Shown here: piece after piece, positions 26,201 to 38,819 of the stretch
How positions within the stretch are numbered: the stretch's first letter is position 1
Layout of the letters: each line of letters opens with the position of its first letter
Assembly: GCA_030390025.1 (NCBI GenBank)
Contig: CM059432.1
Coordinates: 95,730,001 to 95,794,000, forward strand
Direction of reading: 5' to 3'
Length of the DNA stretch: 64,000 nt
From: Squalus acanthias
Lineage: Eukaryota
Program-made: the position numbers and the translations under genes
Notes under the pieces: model-generated
What the model was told of the DNA's origin: nothing
What the model saw: only the letters and a program-made list of their open reading frames with translations
Database searches by the model: none

Positions 26201-27065
26201 GCAAGCGTCATCTGCATACTGTAATTCGACGACAGAGGATGGGACGACCTTGGATCTGGACTGGAGGCGACGGAGGTTGAACAGTTTCCCGTTTGTTCTG
26301 TAAATTAGCTCCACTCCAGCGGGGAGCTTACTGAGGGTGAGATGGAGCATTGCAGCAAGGGAGATCGAGAAGAGCGTTGGTGCGATGACACAGCCTTGCT
26401 TGACCCCGGTTCGTACGTGAATTGGGTCTGTGGTGGAACCGTTGGTCAGGATCACGGCTTGCATGTCGTCGTGAAGCAGGCGGAGGATGGTGACAAACTT
26501 TTGAGGGCAGCCGAATTTGAGGAGGACTCTCCATAATCCCTCACAGTTGACAATGTCGAAGACCTTTGTGAGATCAAAGAAGGCCATGTACAGCGGTTGG
26601 TGCTGTTCCCTGCATTTCTCTTGTAATTGACGTGCGGTGAAAATCACGTCCATTGTGCCCCTTAGTGGGCGGAATCCGCATTGCGACTCTGGGAGGAGTT
26701 CTTCGGCCACTGGGAGAAGGCGATTGAGGAGGATTCTTGCAATGACTTTGGCAGCACCTCCCAAGCCCATGACCTCTACCACCTAGAAGGATAAGGGCAG
26801 CAGGCGCATGGGAACACCAACACCTCCAAATTCCACTCCAAGTCACACACCATCTTGACTTGGAAGTATATCGCCGTTCCTTCATCGTCGCTGGGTCAAA
26901 ATCCTGGAACTCCCTCCCTAACAGCAGTGTGGGAGTACCTTCACCACATGGACTGCAGCGGTTCAAGAAGGCGGCTCACCACCACCTTCTCGAGGGCAAC
27001 TAGGGATGTGCAATAAATGGTGTCCTTGCCAGCGATGCCCACATCCCATGAATGAATTTTTAAAA
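23205..27065 (+). mobile_element. Second CR1-group LINE family, ORF2 (EN+RT), interrupted by RTE
   Basis: GDFNVHH (EN), ALDIKAAFDRVWH, VPQGSVLGP, FADN, KAQVRSVMEYS and an A-rich tail. Confidence 0.9.
25213..26745 (-). mobile_element. Young RTE/BovB-like LINE, 5'-truncated, ORF uninterrupted
   Basis: Open frame from 25265 to 26745 with QYADD and a C-terminal CxxC..HxxxH. (GAA)n tail. 35-bp TSD at 25178-25212 and 26746-26780 with 1 mismatch. Confidence 0.95.
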
Positions 27066-27685
27066 AGCCTTTATTTTAAAGGGATTACAGTATGAGAGTA
27101 AAGAAGTCATGCTGCAATTATATAGGGCAATGGTGAGACCACACCTGGAGTGTTGTGCACAGTTTTGGTCTCCTTATCTGAGGGAGGATATACGTGCCTT
27201 AGAGGCGGTGCAACGAAGGTTCACTAGATTGATTCTTGGGAGGAGCGGGTTGTCCTATGAGGAGAGATTGAGTAGACTGGGCCTATATTCTATGGAGTTT
27301 AGCAGAATGAGTGGTGAACTCATTGAAACGTATAAGATTCTGAGGAGGATTGACAGGGTAGATGCTGAGAGGCTGTTTCCCCTGGCTGGAGAGTCTAGAA
27401 CTAGGGGGCATAGTCTCAGGATAAGGGGTTGGCCATTTAGGACTAAGATGAGGAGAAATTTCTTCACTCAGAAGGTTGTGAATCTTTGGAATTCTCTACC
27501 CCAAAGGACTGTGGATGCTGAGTCGTTGAGTATATTCAAGGCTGAGATCATTAGATTTGGGGATATGGGGATAGGGCACTAAAGTGGAGTTGATGTAGAA
27601 GGTCAGCCATGATTATTGAATGGCGGAACAGACTCGATGGGCCGTATGGCCTACTCCTGCTCCTATTTCTTATGTTCTTAGGATC
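27066..27685 (+). mobile_element. CR1 LINE 3' end, probable partner of 21391-22176
   Basis: MLQLYRAMVRPHLEC...VVNLWNSLP and the tail ttcttatgttctta. Confidence 0.9.
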
Positions 27686-28492
27686 TTAGCATTAGCTGTC
27701 CACCAGTCCTCTGGCACTAACCCCTCTTCTATGGAACTTTTGTACATATAAACTAGTGCCTCTGCTATCTCCTCCCTAGTTTCCTTGGGTATGCATGGGT
27801 GCAGACCATCTGGACCTGGGTTTCATCCTTTTTTAGTTTTGATGGTTTTTCAATTATTTTCTCCATTTCTATCCTAACTGTGTTCCTATTCTTTATAAGT
27901 CCATCCTCTAGTGAAGTGTCTATTTTGTTATCTTCTTAGTAAAAACTGAGGCGAAGTAGTTATTCAATACTTCAGCCATTTCTACGTCATTACCTGTGAG
28001 TTTATCTTGCTCTTCCTTCAGTGGACCTATCACTACTTTAATTTTCTTTTGTTATTTATCTGTCTATAGAACACTTTATTATTTATTTTTATATTCGTTA
28101 ATCATTTGGTTTCATAATTTCTATTTGCCTTCCTGATGGTTTATTTTAACTTCTCTCCCAAGTTCTTCATATTCCCATTTGTTCTCTCCTTTAGTATCTA
28201 AGTACTTCTTGTATGTATTTTTCTTTAGATTAAATTTTCCCTTTAGTTCTTTATTCATCCATGGTGCCCCATAATTAGCTTGCTTGTCTTCGGCTTTTAG
28301 TGGAATACATTTCTCTTGAACTCTATTGATTACCCTTTGAAAGATTTCCCACTGTTTTTTCTGTCTCTGTTTTTCAAGATTTTCTTCCACTTTACCTTCT
28401 TTAGTTCCACCCTCATTTCCTCACAATTTGCTCTTTTCCAATTTATTACCTTAGCCTTTGTCCTACTTATGTCACTCTCGATCCTAATCTTG

Positions 28493-28672
28493 AACGTCCC
28501 AAGGCGCTTCAGAGGAGCGTTATCAAACAAAATTTGGCACCGAGCCACATAAGGAGATATTAGGACAGGTGACTAAAAGCTTGGTCAAAGAGGTAGGTTT
28601 TAACAAGCGTCTTCAAGGAGAAGAGAGAGGTAGAGAGGCGGCGAGGTTTAGGGAGGGAATTCCAGAGCTTAG
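28493..28672 (-). mobile_element. L2 LINE 3' fragment
   Basis: Matches 37750-37930 (LKTYLFDQAF-type end). Confidence 0.75.
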
Positions 28673-29219
28673 TTTAAACATATTCCTACTACAGTGTGCA
28701 TCAAAGGCTAGAATCCCATGTGTAGAGCTTGGAGCAAAAATGAGGTTTAAAATAAGGGGGATTATACAGGATAAAAAGACACCTTTGTCCGAGAAATTTG
28801 AGAAAACGCAAAAACCTGGACAGCTGAGATAAACAATCAGGATGTTTGGTACTTTGACTAATCTAACCGACTCATCGAAATTTAGCTATGGAGTCTAATC
28901 CAATGAAGAAGAATTGTTTGTGGGGGTGGGGCGAGGCAGAATGGATAATGATACGGATCTTGTATGTTTATACAAAATTGACTATCTGCATATCCATCAC
29001 GCACTTCATCAACAAACTTGTCAAAGGCCTGAAAAGCGTTTTTTTTTATTTTATTAGTTAAAAGAAGAGCAAAGTCCAAATCCTGTGAAATGAGATAACC
29101 ATCCTCTCAGGTAGCTTTGTCATGTGAAATATAAAAAACACATCAGTTTACCTCATTTAGTTAGTTGAGAATTGGAGAAAGTTGGAGCAGGAAGAAAAAA
29201 AAGATATTTGTCTTAGACG

Positions 29220-30335
29220 CAAGATAATTATAGATGAGGAAGGCCATTTGCTCCATCATATATAGAGAAATACCTTATAAACCACTATTTCAACATCTAA
29301 TTGTTTTTCAAATGATTACAGGATTTTCTCCACTAGGACTCTATCTAGAAGTCTATTCCATATATTGGTCATTTTTTATATGAAGAACTTCCTGCTGTTA
29401 GTCCTGAATTTACCTTTTACTAGTTTGAGCTGGTGTCCCCTTGTTCTACTCTCAATTTAATTTAACGTAATATTCAAAATTGACTTTTTCCTTAAGTATC
29501 TCATACACCTCTATAAAATCACCTCGCTGGTACTTCCTTTCCATGCTATAAGCCCAAGCTTCTCCAGTCCTTTCTCATAACTCTGATAAATGACTCTAGA
29601 GATCAGCCATGTGGGTCTTCTCTGCCTCCAGTGCTTGAATGTCACCCCTGTTTCTTGGTAACCGGAACTAGACACAATACTCGAGGTCTGACCAAAGCAC
29701 CCTATAGTTTGCTCACGATTTCCACTGACTTGTATTCTACTGTTTTAGCTATGTATTTCAACATTCTGTTGGCCTGTTGATTGCTGCTCTGCTTTGATTG
29801 GGCAAGTTGAATATCAATTCTACTAAGACTCCTGGGCCTCTCTCACATCTTTAGCTATTTCAACATTTATGGCGTATGTGTGCTCCTGTTATTCCTTCCA
29901 ATATGCAGTACTTTACACTTGTCTGCATTAAATTTCATCTCAAATGTCTTCCCTATTATGTATTTGTCCAGCTCATTCTGTAACTTCTGAGTTGTCTCTC
30001 CCAATTCCACTGCCCCTCCTCATTTGACATCATCTGCAAATTTGACTACTTTGTATTGAGTTTCTGTATTCAAGTCATTCATGCAAATTAGAAACATTCA
30101 CGGTCCCAACACTGAGCCCTGTGGCACCCAATCAGTACTTCCTTCCATCCGGACATAACTCCTTGAACAATCATCCATTATTTTCTGCGTTGGGCCAGTT
30201 TCTTAATGATCATCTAGACTTACCCTGAATTCCCACAGCTTTTTGCATAACTAATAACCTTTCACTTGGAACTTTATCAGAAACCTTTTGGAAGTCCATG
30301 TAGCCCATGTCATAAGGTTTTCTACAGTCCACGTG
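29220..30335 (-). mobile_element. Old CR1 LINE fragment
   Basis: YMDFQKVSDKVP, KFADD and LVRPRxEY motifs. Confidence 0.75.
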
Positions 30336-31477
30336 GGTTGTTACCTTTGTTTGAAAAAAAGCAGTGAGTTCTTCCGGTGACTTGGCCAGATTCATCATTC
30401 AACCAACAGCACCAAAAAAAGCAAATTAACTGGTCATTCATTTGCCTTATCCAGACCATATTGACCGCAATTAGTAAAAAGGCAGTAAATGGTCTTGGTG
30501 TCAGGAACAACGGACTTGCCTTGGAGCTGCCCTTCTGAGGCTGGTGAATAAGATTCTGTTTGAGGCAAACATCCTCAGTGTTTCAGAGCACACGGGAGTT
30601 TCTTGTGAGCCCAAAAACTGGAGGAGACTTACTGATATAAGTGATTGTTAAGATGGTCCTTTGGGTACATATATTGGATGCTCTTAAGGTTACTGAATAA
30701 TCAGAAAAGAACAAGCTGGTTCTGCTCTTGTGAGGAATGTGTAGTATAGATTGTGGATTATTCTGAGTTTGGTGATTTTCATAAGACCACATATTACTTC
30801 CATTGATTTCCATAAGACTTTTGAGTTGGGGGGTGGGGGGCAATTTTAACTCCCCCACCTGCTGGGAACTGTGTGGGCTCAGGTTATACCAATTTATGTA
30901 ACTAGACAGGGAAATCAGTCCTCTAAAAAAAACACACTCTGGGAAATGGATGATGAAGCAGGTTAATATACAATCCTATGTGATCTGGCTTCATAAGCAG
31001 CACAGCCTTGCACATTTATGACTGACTCAAATCCAATTTACACAATTTTATGTCTCTTATTTCTGACTGTTAACAGCAAAAGTGAAATTTGTGTGCGTAT
31101 TCTTAACCCAATTCCTAATAGATGTGTCCACAGGAGACAACTACTCATAATTTGTAACAAATTGACATTCTTACTTGAAAGAGCATAATGGAAGAGGTGC
31201 TGTTATGAGACTGGGGCATAGTAGAGGGGTCTCTACTTTGCCTCTGCCTCCTGCAATTCTCGATGTGGAAATGCCTGAAGCTACATGTAGTGAAAGACTT
31301 AATTTTCCAGCACGAACATAATGAGTAGCAGAAAATTCACTGAAACATTATATTAAAAAAATTCCTGTCATTGAATGTGAGGTTCAGATGAAATATGTAA
31401 ACTGAGTTTTGCTCTTGCAGTTTAATATAATTTGAATTATTTGATTCCGTGTGTCATCTGAGAGCACGGAACATCAT

Positions 31478-32545
31478 CAACAACAACAGCTTACATTTAT
31501 ATAGCGCCTTTAACATAGTAAAACATCCCAAGGCACTACATAGGAGCATATTAAGGACATATTTGGACAGGTGACCAAAAGCTTGGTCAAAGGGGTAGGT
31601 TTTAAGGAGCATCTTAAAGGAGAGGAGAGAGGTGCAGAAGTTTAGGGAGGGAATTCCTGAGCTTTGGGTCTAGGCAGCTGAAGGCACGACCACTAACGGT
31701 GGAGTGATCAAAATTGGGGATGCGCAAGAAGCCAGAATTGTAGGAGCTCAGAGATCTCAGAGGTTTGTAGGGCTAGAGGAGGTTACAGAGATAGGGAGGG
31801 GCGAGGCCATGGAGGGATTTGAAAACAAGGATGAAAATTTTAAATTTGAGGCATTGCCGGATCGGGAGCCAGTGTAGGTCAGCAAGCACAGGGGTGACAG
31901 GTGAACGAGACTTGATGAGAGTTAGGATATGGGCAGCAGAGCTTTGGATGATCTTCAGTTTACGGAAGTTGCAAGGTAGGAGGCTGGCCAGGAGAGCATT
32001 GGAATAGTTAAATCTAGAGGTAAGAAATACATGGATGAGGGTTTCAGCAACAGATGAGCTGAGGTGCAGGGGTGGAGACGGGCGATGTTATGGAGGTGGA
32101 AGCAGGCGGTCTTGGTGATAGAGAGGATATCGGGTTGGAAACTCATCTCAGGGTCAGAAAGGAGGCCAAAGTTGCAAACTGTCTGGTTCAGCCTCAGCCA
32201 GGGAGAGGGATGGAGTCAGTGGCTAGGGATTGGTGTTTGTGGTGTGGGCCAAAGACAATGGCTTTGGTCTTCCCAATATTTAATTGGAGGAAATTTCTGC
32301 TCATCCAATACTGACAAGTATTCAGACAAGCAAAGTGACAAATCAGAGGCAGTGAAAGGATTGAGAGAGGTGGTGGTAAGATTAAGCTGGGTGTCATCAA
32401 CATACATGTGGAACCTGACGAGTTTTCGGATGACTTCGCCGAGGAGCAACATTTAGATGTGAAATAAGAGGGGGAAAATGATAGATCCTTGGGGACTCCA
32501 GAGGTAACGGTGCAGGAGTGGGAAGAGAAGCCATTGCAGGTGATT
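31478..32545 (-). mobile_element. L2 LINE 3' portion
   Basis: FHMYVDDTQL, LQLNIGKT and ITKTACFHLHNIARL motifs with a (TTG)n tail. Confidence 0.9.
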
Positions 32546-32767
32546 CATCAAAGCCATCTGAGGGCACTGGATATCAAAACCATCTGAATTAAAAAAAAAT
32601 CTCAAACAACAATTAAAACCTGAAGGACTGAGACTCCATACTTGTAATAGTTAATGTTTAGTGCCAGAGAGGTTGATTGGCAGTAATTAACACTTATCAC
32701 ATTGTTAAAAGGCTACCTAGACTTGAAATGACTTGACATAACTTTCTGTGGCGAATTTACTTAAATC

Positions 32768-33030
32768 TTTAGTCATTTAATCTCTCCTGCCTTCCACCCT
32801 ATCACAGACCTTTCCTTTTGTTCTTTCCTCCCATCCCCCCTCTCCCTGCCCCTGTACTTGCTTAAAACCTGTTACATCTGTAACATTTTCCAGTTCTGAT
32901 GAAAGGTCATCGACCTGAAACGTTAACTCTGTTTCTCTCTCCACAGATGCTGCCTGATCTGCTGAGTATGTCCAGCATTTTCTGTTTTTATTTCATATTT
33001 CCAGCATCCGCAGCATTTTATTTTGGTACA
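32768..33030 (+). mobile_element. Penelope-like 3' tail inserted in a Harbinger-like MITE remnant (~32560-33247)
   Basis: Reverse complement of 18010-18230. The flanks resemble 42406-42898 and end in cagcaatttttgggcc. Confidence 0.75.
32892..32928 (+). ncRNA. Minimal type I hammerhead ribozyme in a Penelope tail
   Basis: agtt-CTGATGA-a-aggtc(atc)gacct-GAA-ACGT-T-aact, with an intact core. Confidence 0.8.
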
Positions 33031-34109
33031 GGAATTTAATGCCGCTCAATGCATTTGAATGGGGAGCCAGGCAGTAAGATGCTGTTTTCGCAAAGCTCAT
33101 TGCTGGGCGGCGCATCTTCAAAAGCACCTTTTCGATTTCCACGTTTAATCACGCATCTATGGTCACCTGACGTTGCTGTGGTATTTGCACATAAATAACG
33201 GTGAGCATTATTAGCCTCACCATTATTTTGACAGCAATTTTTGGGCCTATGTCTTTTTCTGTAAACAGTCCCTCATTAGATCAGAAGTGGTTTGATTATT
33301 TCCTCAAACAATGTTTCAAATTTGCCACTGTAACAAAGAGCCCTCAAGGCTGAAAATACACGGGTCAATAATCCTAGTTTAAATGCCAGGATGCACCCTC
33401 TGGGAACCTTTTCTGCTGACCTGGACATTCCGGGGTCGGGGGAAGTTCTCTTATTATATTATTGATTGGCGTCCACACCACTATGAATACACCTCAGTTG
33501 CCTGCCATAGTGAGGGAGGTCAGGGGGAGGCTGGAAATTGTGGCTGAGGAAAACTGGTCTAGTGGTGCCTCCCCCCAACCCCACAAAACATAATCTCTGG
33601 CAGCCCATCAGCCGCCTTTATAAAGTGCCCGCAAAAAAGAAAGAAATATGAAAAAAAAATCTGTCCTGATCACCCAGCTGGGCCCCAGTTCTGCAATCAG
33701 ACCAGTCAGTATATCTCAATCATCTGGGTGTATTAGCCACCAGACTTCCTCCAGCCATATCCACTTTGACATAAGGGACCATGTTTGGGACGGATGGAGG
33801 TTCTGCCCCAAACAGGTTGCCCCCCGCACCCCCCCACCCCCACCACAAAAATCTCAGTGCTGAAGTCTAATTCACGGGTCTTATGCTGCAACTCCCAAAG
33901 ATCTCCTGCCTGGAGTGCACCATTCAGGCTCATGTGAAGTTGGGGTCAGCCATTATCTAAAAGACTTTCCCACCAGTGAGGGGTGTCCTCCTAGAGAGAC
34001 TCTTGATTATTAGGGCATATTTGGAGGTGTGGGACTCTGCTTGAAATCAGGTATATGAGAGGCAGCCCCTATGACTTTGAGATCTGGCTTGATTGATAGC
34101 TCTGTACCC

Positions 34110-34545
34110 AGAGCACACTCACTTCTGAAATGGATGATTGTGGATTTTAAGCTCCATGATAAATTTAGGACATAATCTAGATTGACACTTCAGTGCAGTA
34201 CTGAGGGAGTGCTGTATTGTCGAAGGCACCACAATTTGGATGTGATGTTAAACCAAGGCCATGTCTGCTGCTCAGGTTCATGTAGAAGATCTCATGGCAT
34301 TGTTCAAAGAAGAGCAGGGAGTTAGTTCTACTGGTTCTTGGCGAACATTTATCTCTCAACCATCATTATCAAAAAACAGATTAACTGGTCATTGACCCCA
34401 TTTGTTATTTGTGAGACCTTGCGGTGCGGAAATTGACTGCCGTGCTTGCCTATATAACAATACTTTGAATGTAATTAATTGGTTGTACAGTGATTTGGGA
34501 TATCGTGAGGGTGTGATAAAGTGGTATATAAATACAAGTTCCTTT
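34110..34545 (+). mobile_element. Deu-domain SINE (SacSINE1-like)
   Basis: Core and tail tatataaatacaagt match the other copies. Confidence 0.75.
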
Positions 34546-34884
34546 GTTTTTTGAAGAAGTTTCCACGAGGTGAGCTCTTCTTCTGTGCATTGAAGATACA
34601 GTAGCTTCAGAATTGCACTCGCAGTTGGCATTATGTCACTGGGAGTTACATATACAATAGCCACTAAGCTATAGAAATGTGAAACTGGCATTATCAGATG
34701 TAAATCAGGATTAGCCAGGATTCCAGTGATAAAACATTGATCTCAGCAGAAAACAACAGAATTTCACATGGAAGAACATAAACATTAATAAAGCTGAAAA
34801 TTGGATTATTCTGAGAAGCAAATGTAAAAACAGACGCAGAAGTTGAAAGAGCTTAATAAAAGATAACACCTTAAAAAAATTAAT

Positions 34885-35546
34885 GGCCTGGAAATTGCGG
34901 TTGGAGGCTTGCCGCCTGCGTACACCTCCAAACTGAAAGAAAACTATGAACTTACCTGGTGTCTCCGGAGCTTTGGACTGTTCCGGTCCTGGGCCTGCAG
35001 GCGTAGGCCTGTGTAAAGGCCCACCAATCCCGGGGCGCATGTGGTTCACAAGCGATCATGTGGGCCAGCCCAACCAATGACAAGGGGGGATTCCTATGAT
35101 GCTTATGAGGATTCCATTTTTGTACGGAATCCCCATAAGCATAACAGAAATCACCTAATGAATAACATTTCACACTGAAATAAAAATAAATGATCACAGG
35201 TTCAAAATTAATTAAAATTAAAAAAATTTGAAAAATAAATTTAAACATTTTTAAACGAGACAAAATTTACCTAAACTAATTTTAATTGTAAGTGAATGTT
35301 TAAATCATTTAAATTTTTTTATTTTAACCCTTATGCTGGTAAAAGAAGTCCTTACGCCTGCTTTTACCAGGCGTAAGGGTTTCGTGGATATTCACTGGGC
35401 AGTAGTTGGGCAAATAGCGCAACTCTGTGCCAGCGAAAGTGAATTTACAGTGAATGCGGTGGATCTGTCCAAGCAAAACTTGACAGATTGCAAGTTCCGG
35501 GTTTTTGCTGTGCATATGCTGTCGGAAGCACCGTAAAATCTGGGGC
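34885..35546. mobile_element. Harbinger-like MITE related to 13077-13832
   Basis: Shares gggcgcatgtggttcacaagc and the ctggtaaaag...cttttaccag hairpin. Ends are imperfect TIRs. Confidence 0.7.
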
Positions 35547-36075
35547 ATTATATTTTCAAAGAAGACTCTTCAAGGCATTACAAATGGTCAATAGTGATGA
35601 AAGGGTCTTCAATTTCAGGTTCCAAAATGAATCCCCTTGTAAAATATGCAGCAAAAATGTACACTTTGTAGTTCGTAATAATCATAACATTTTAATGCGT
35701 TGCGTTATTGAAACAAGTTAAGACAGTTTCTATCATTTTTGCCATTCAAAAAGTGAAATTTCTCTAAACATATACTTGAGCAATCTGATCAGACTGTGTC
35801 ATGTATTCAGCACTCCTTTATAGAGAGTTGTATCCTGATCAATTCTGAGAGTTGTTGTTACAGAAGATCCCATGAGGTTTGTGTGTGAGAGGGAAACTAT
35901 AACATAAACTAAGGAGTGAGCAGATTAAAAAATATATTTCTCATCTGTGTTTTTAGATCAACTAAGAATCTAGAAATTAGTTTGATTTGGCCGACTACCC
36001 AACAAACATTTTTTAACTCAGATCACGAAAGCACAGCTTAAAGAGCAAAGCATCACACTAGGATAGCAGAATCAG

Positions 36076-36200
36076 TTAATCACAATTCATCATGCTGGTT
36101 GCAGCATGGTGGCAATTGTTCCTAATAGCCGATAATCTTCACCACCAGCTCGAACAAAGTCTCCCACTGTATGCCCCTCCACTGGCCTATCTTCCACCAT
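36076..36200 (-). CDS. Coding exon 4 with the NC motif; frameshifted as written
   Basis: Follows an 83-nt intron ending tttttatcatgcag. It reads MVEDRPVEGHTVGDFVRAGGEDYRLL, then GG AAC AAT TGC CAC (NNCH, Cys codon at 36112-36114), with TAA at 36076-36078. The uncorrected frame stops at 36090-36092. Confidence 0.82.
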
Positions 36201-36283
36201 CTGCATGATAAAAAAGGCTAATGTTACCATCATATTCCTGAAGTTAATTTGGTTAAGGGCTTTCATAAATAGTTGATACATAC

Positions 36284-36392
36284 TCTCCACCGATCTGACA
36301 TGTGAGTGGCATCAACGACGACAGTCTGAGATGAGAGACCACAGTCATTTCCTTTGTGAATCAGCCACTGGTGTCCATCATCTGTGGTAACT
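36284..36392 (-). CDS. Coding exon 3 (VTTDDGHQWLIHKG...DRWR)
   Basis: Acceptor ctctgtgtttcag and donor AGA|gtatgt. 109 nt, open, phase 2 to 0. Confidence 0.88.
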
Positions 36393-37697
36393 CTGAAACA
36401 CAGAGAGCTTTTGTCTGTAAATGATCCGGGGCTTCTTAAGTAAAGTAAACAAAATCTCACTTGTGCTTTTCTGCTGTTTTTTTATTGATTTTTCTGAAGA
36501 CTATTATACCAGCCAGTGTTAACCACCGTTAATATCCTAACATTGGAAAGACTACATAAAGTTTCACCTTTCAACCAGTCTATTGTGAAATTGGATTTAC
36601 AATTGCACAGATACACAATAGTCAGAAATACAAGTAACGACAATTATTATATAACTATAGATATCTGCAAAAATTGAAAATTGGCTTTTAAACAGCAGAT
36701 TTATTAGTTCCAACATCAAGGCTGACACCTGACTTTACAGAGTGTGGTTACTTGGGGCAGCTCAGTGTCCTGAGTGTTTGAATGCTAAACACTCAGTACT
36801 ACAGATTGGGGAATACATGTTTGAACTCCTCTGCTCAATTCTCAATTTGAGTTGCATTAATGAAGGAAATAGTAAATAGAGGTTGCAGCATGTCCTGGGC
36901 TGGAGCAGTAGTGAAAATGTTATGGTGCAGTTCAGTCTGGGCAGTAACTTATGCCTCCTAGTGGCTGGTTAAAGGGGTGTTTGTGGGACTCTAGGAATGG
37001 AACAGTTGCCCATTATCTTGGCTGCAGAGAGGTGAGTCTAGACAGACATATGAACAAAGATATATTGCCTCAGGAATAAAATTACTGACAAATAAAATAT
37101 ATACACTAGTAGGCTGTTCAATTCATTTGAGCTCAAAAAATCAGATAATAGTGTAGTTTCAGTGGTCAGCCAATCAGTGGTTTCAATTGATTGCTGGTCA
37201 TAGGTCTTATGTACCAAAGGCAGATCAATTAACTGCATTTGAACTAATTTAAACTGAAGTTAAAGTAATTGTAGTATCAGTATGAGAAACAGACCTGAGT
37301 CAGGCTTCAGTTGCAGCGGCAGGTCATTAATGATGAATCAATGTGACCGTGGATGCCTGTCTACCCAGGATTCTGGGTGCAATGTGATGAACAGCCCTGA
37401 TGGGGCCGCAATTGGCAGAAACTTGGCATTTCGCCCTGGGGGGGCGTGGTTTGTTTTGTGAGCGAGAACTGCTTCGGGTGAATGGACTTTTCAACCAACG
37501 TAAAAGATTGTGGAAACTCGAGCATAAAGAGATTATGAGCGCAACTCACTAACGCTTAAAATTCCGCTATCTTTTGCGCAATTTCATTCTACCCAAATTT
37601 GGCTGTTATTTGGGTGGAAGTCATGCAGAAACATCACACCAATATTTCTGCCCACCCCCAACCTAGGCTCACAAGTAAGAACAATTCCACTGCCACA

Positions 37698-38790
37698 AAC
37701 AACAACAACAACAACAACTCGTATTTATAAAGCGCCTTTAACGTAATAAAACATCCTAAGGCACTTCACAGGAGTGTTATCAAACAAAATTTGACACCGA
37801 GCTACATAAGAAGATATTAGGACAGGTGACCAAAAGCTTGGTCAAAGAGGTAGGTTTTAAGGAGTGTCTTCAAGGAGGAGAGAGAAGTAGAGAGATGGAG
37901 AGATTTAGAGAGGGAATTCCAGAGCTTAGGGCATAGGCAGCTGAAGGCACAACTGTCAATAGTGGGACGATTAAAATCAGGGATGCACAAGAAGCCAGAA
38001 TTGGAGGAGCACAGAGATCTCACAAGGTTGTAGGGCTGGAGGAGGTTACAGAGGTAGGGAGGGGGCGAGGCCATTCAGTACTGTGGCAGGGCGGAAACCT
38101 ACTTTACACCAGTGACTACACTTCAAAAAGTACTTAATTGGCTGTAAAGTGCTTTGCGACACCCTGAGGTCGTGAAAGGCGCTATATAAATGCAAGTCTT
38201 TCTTTCTTTTTCTTTTTGATTGGAGGGATTCAAACATGGAGTTGCGGGAAAGATGGGCATGGATTTAGGAGGTAACAGCATGTTCAAGGATTTTGGAGAG
38301 GAAAGGGAGGTTGGAGCTGGGGTGGTAATTTGTAAGGACAGAGGAGTCAAGGGTGGGATTTTTGAGGAGATGTTTGATGATGGCAGATTTTAAATGGAGG
38401 GGGCAGTGCCTGAGGAGAGGGAACCGTTAACAATATCAGCTAACATGGGGGCCAGGAAGGTCAGCAGTTTGGTGGGAATAGGGTCGAGGGAGCAGGAGGT
38501 GGGTCTTATGGACATGAGACAGAGAGGGCATGATGGGAGATAGGAGAGAAACTAAAGAAAGATGCAAGTTCAGGGCCAGGGCAGGGGGGAACCTTAGTGG
38601 AAGTTTGGCCTGGTGGGCTAGGGGAAGGAAGGAAAGCAGCAGAGGCAACTGAATAGATGGTCTCAATCTTAGTGATAAAGAAGTCCATGAGCTCCTCGCA
38701 CTTGTTGTTGGAGGCGAGGATGGAGGAGGCAGGGGAGAGGGGTTTAAGAAGACGATTTGTAGTGGAGAAGATAAAATAAAACTCAGCTTG
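37698..38790 (-). mobile_element. L2 LINE with an internal deletion, interrupted by a Deu-SINE tail (~38075-38220)
   Basis: (CAA)n tail, KLWNSL..LKTYLFDQAF and CEELMDFFITKIETI motifs. Confidence 0.85.
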
Positions 38791-38819
38791 ATGAAGTAAT
38801 TTCCAGGACATAAGCTACA

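Larger units (their letters stand above)
19105..28490 (-). mobile_element. Older CR1 LINE split by a MITE (20216-21075) and a 6.3-kb nested block (21391-27689)
   Basis: KFADDTKLG and GSVLGP-like RT motifs. The sequence breaks at ...gaacaacatt (21390) and resumes as cattagctgtcc (27690). Confidence 0.75.

Noticed and set aside
25265..26782. 505-aa ORF as a host gene or complete protein
   Set aside because: It is a 5'-truncated RTE ORF. Its apparent start codon and first residues come from the flanking TSD and host LINE.
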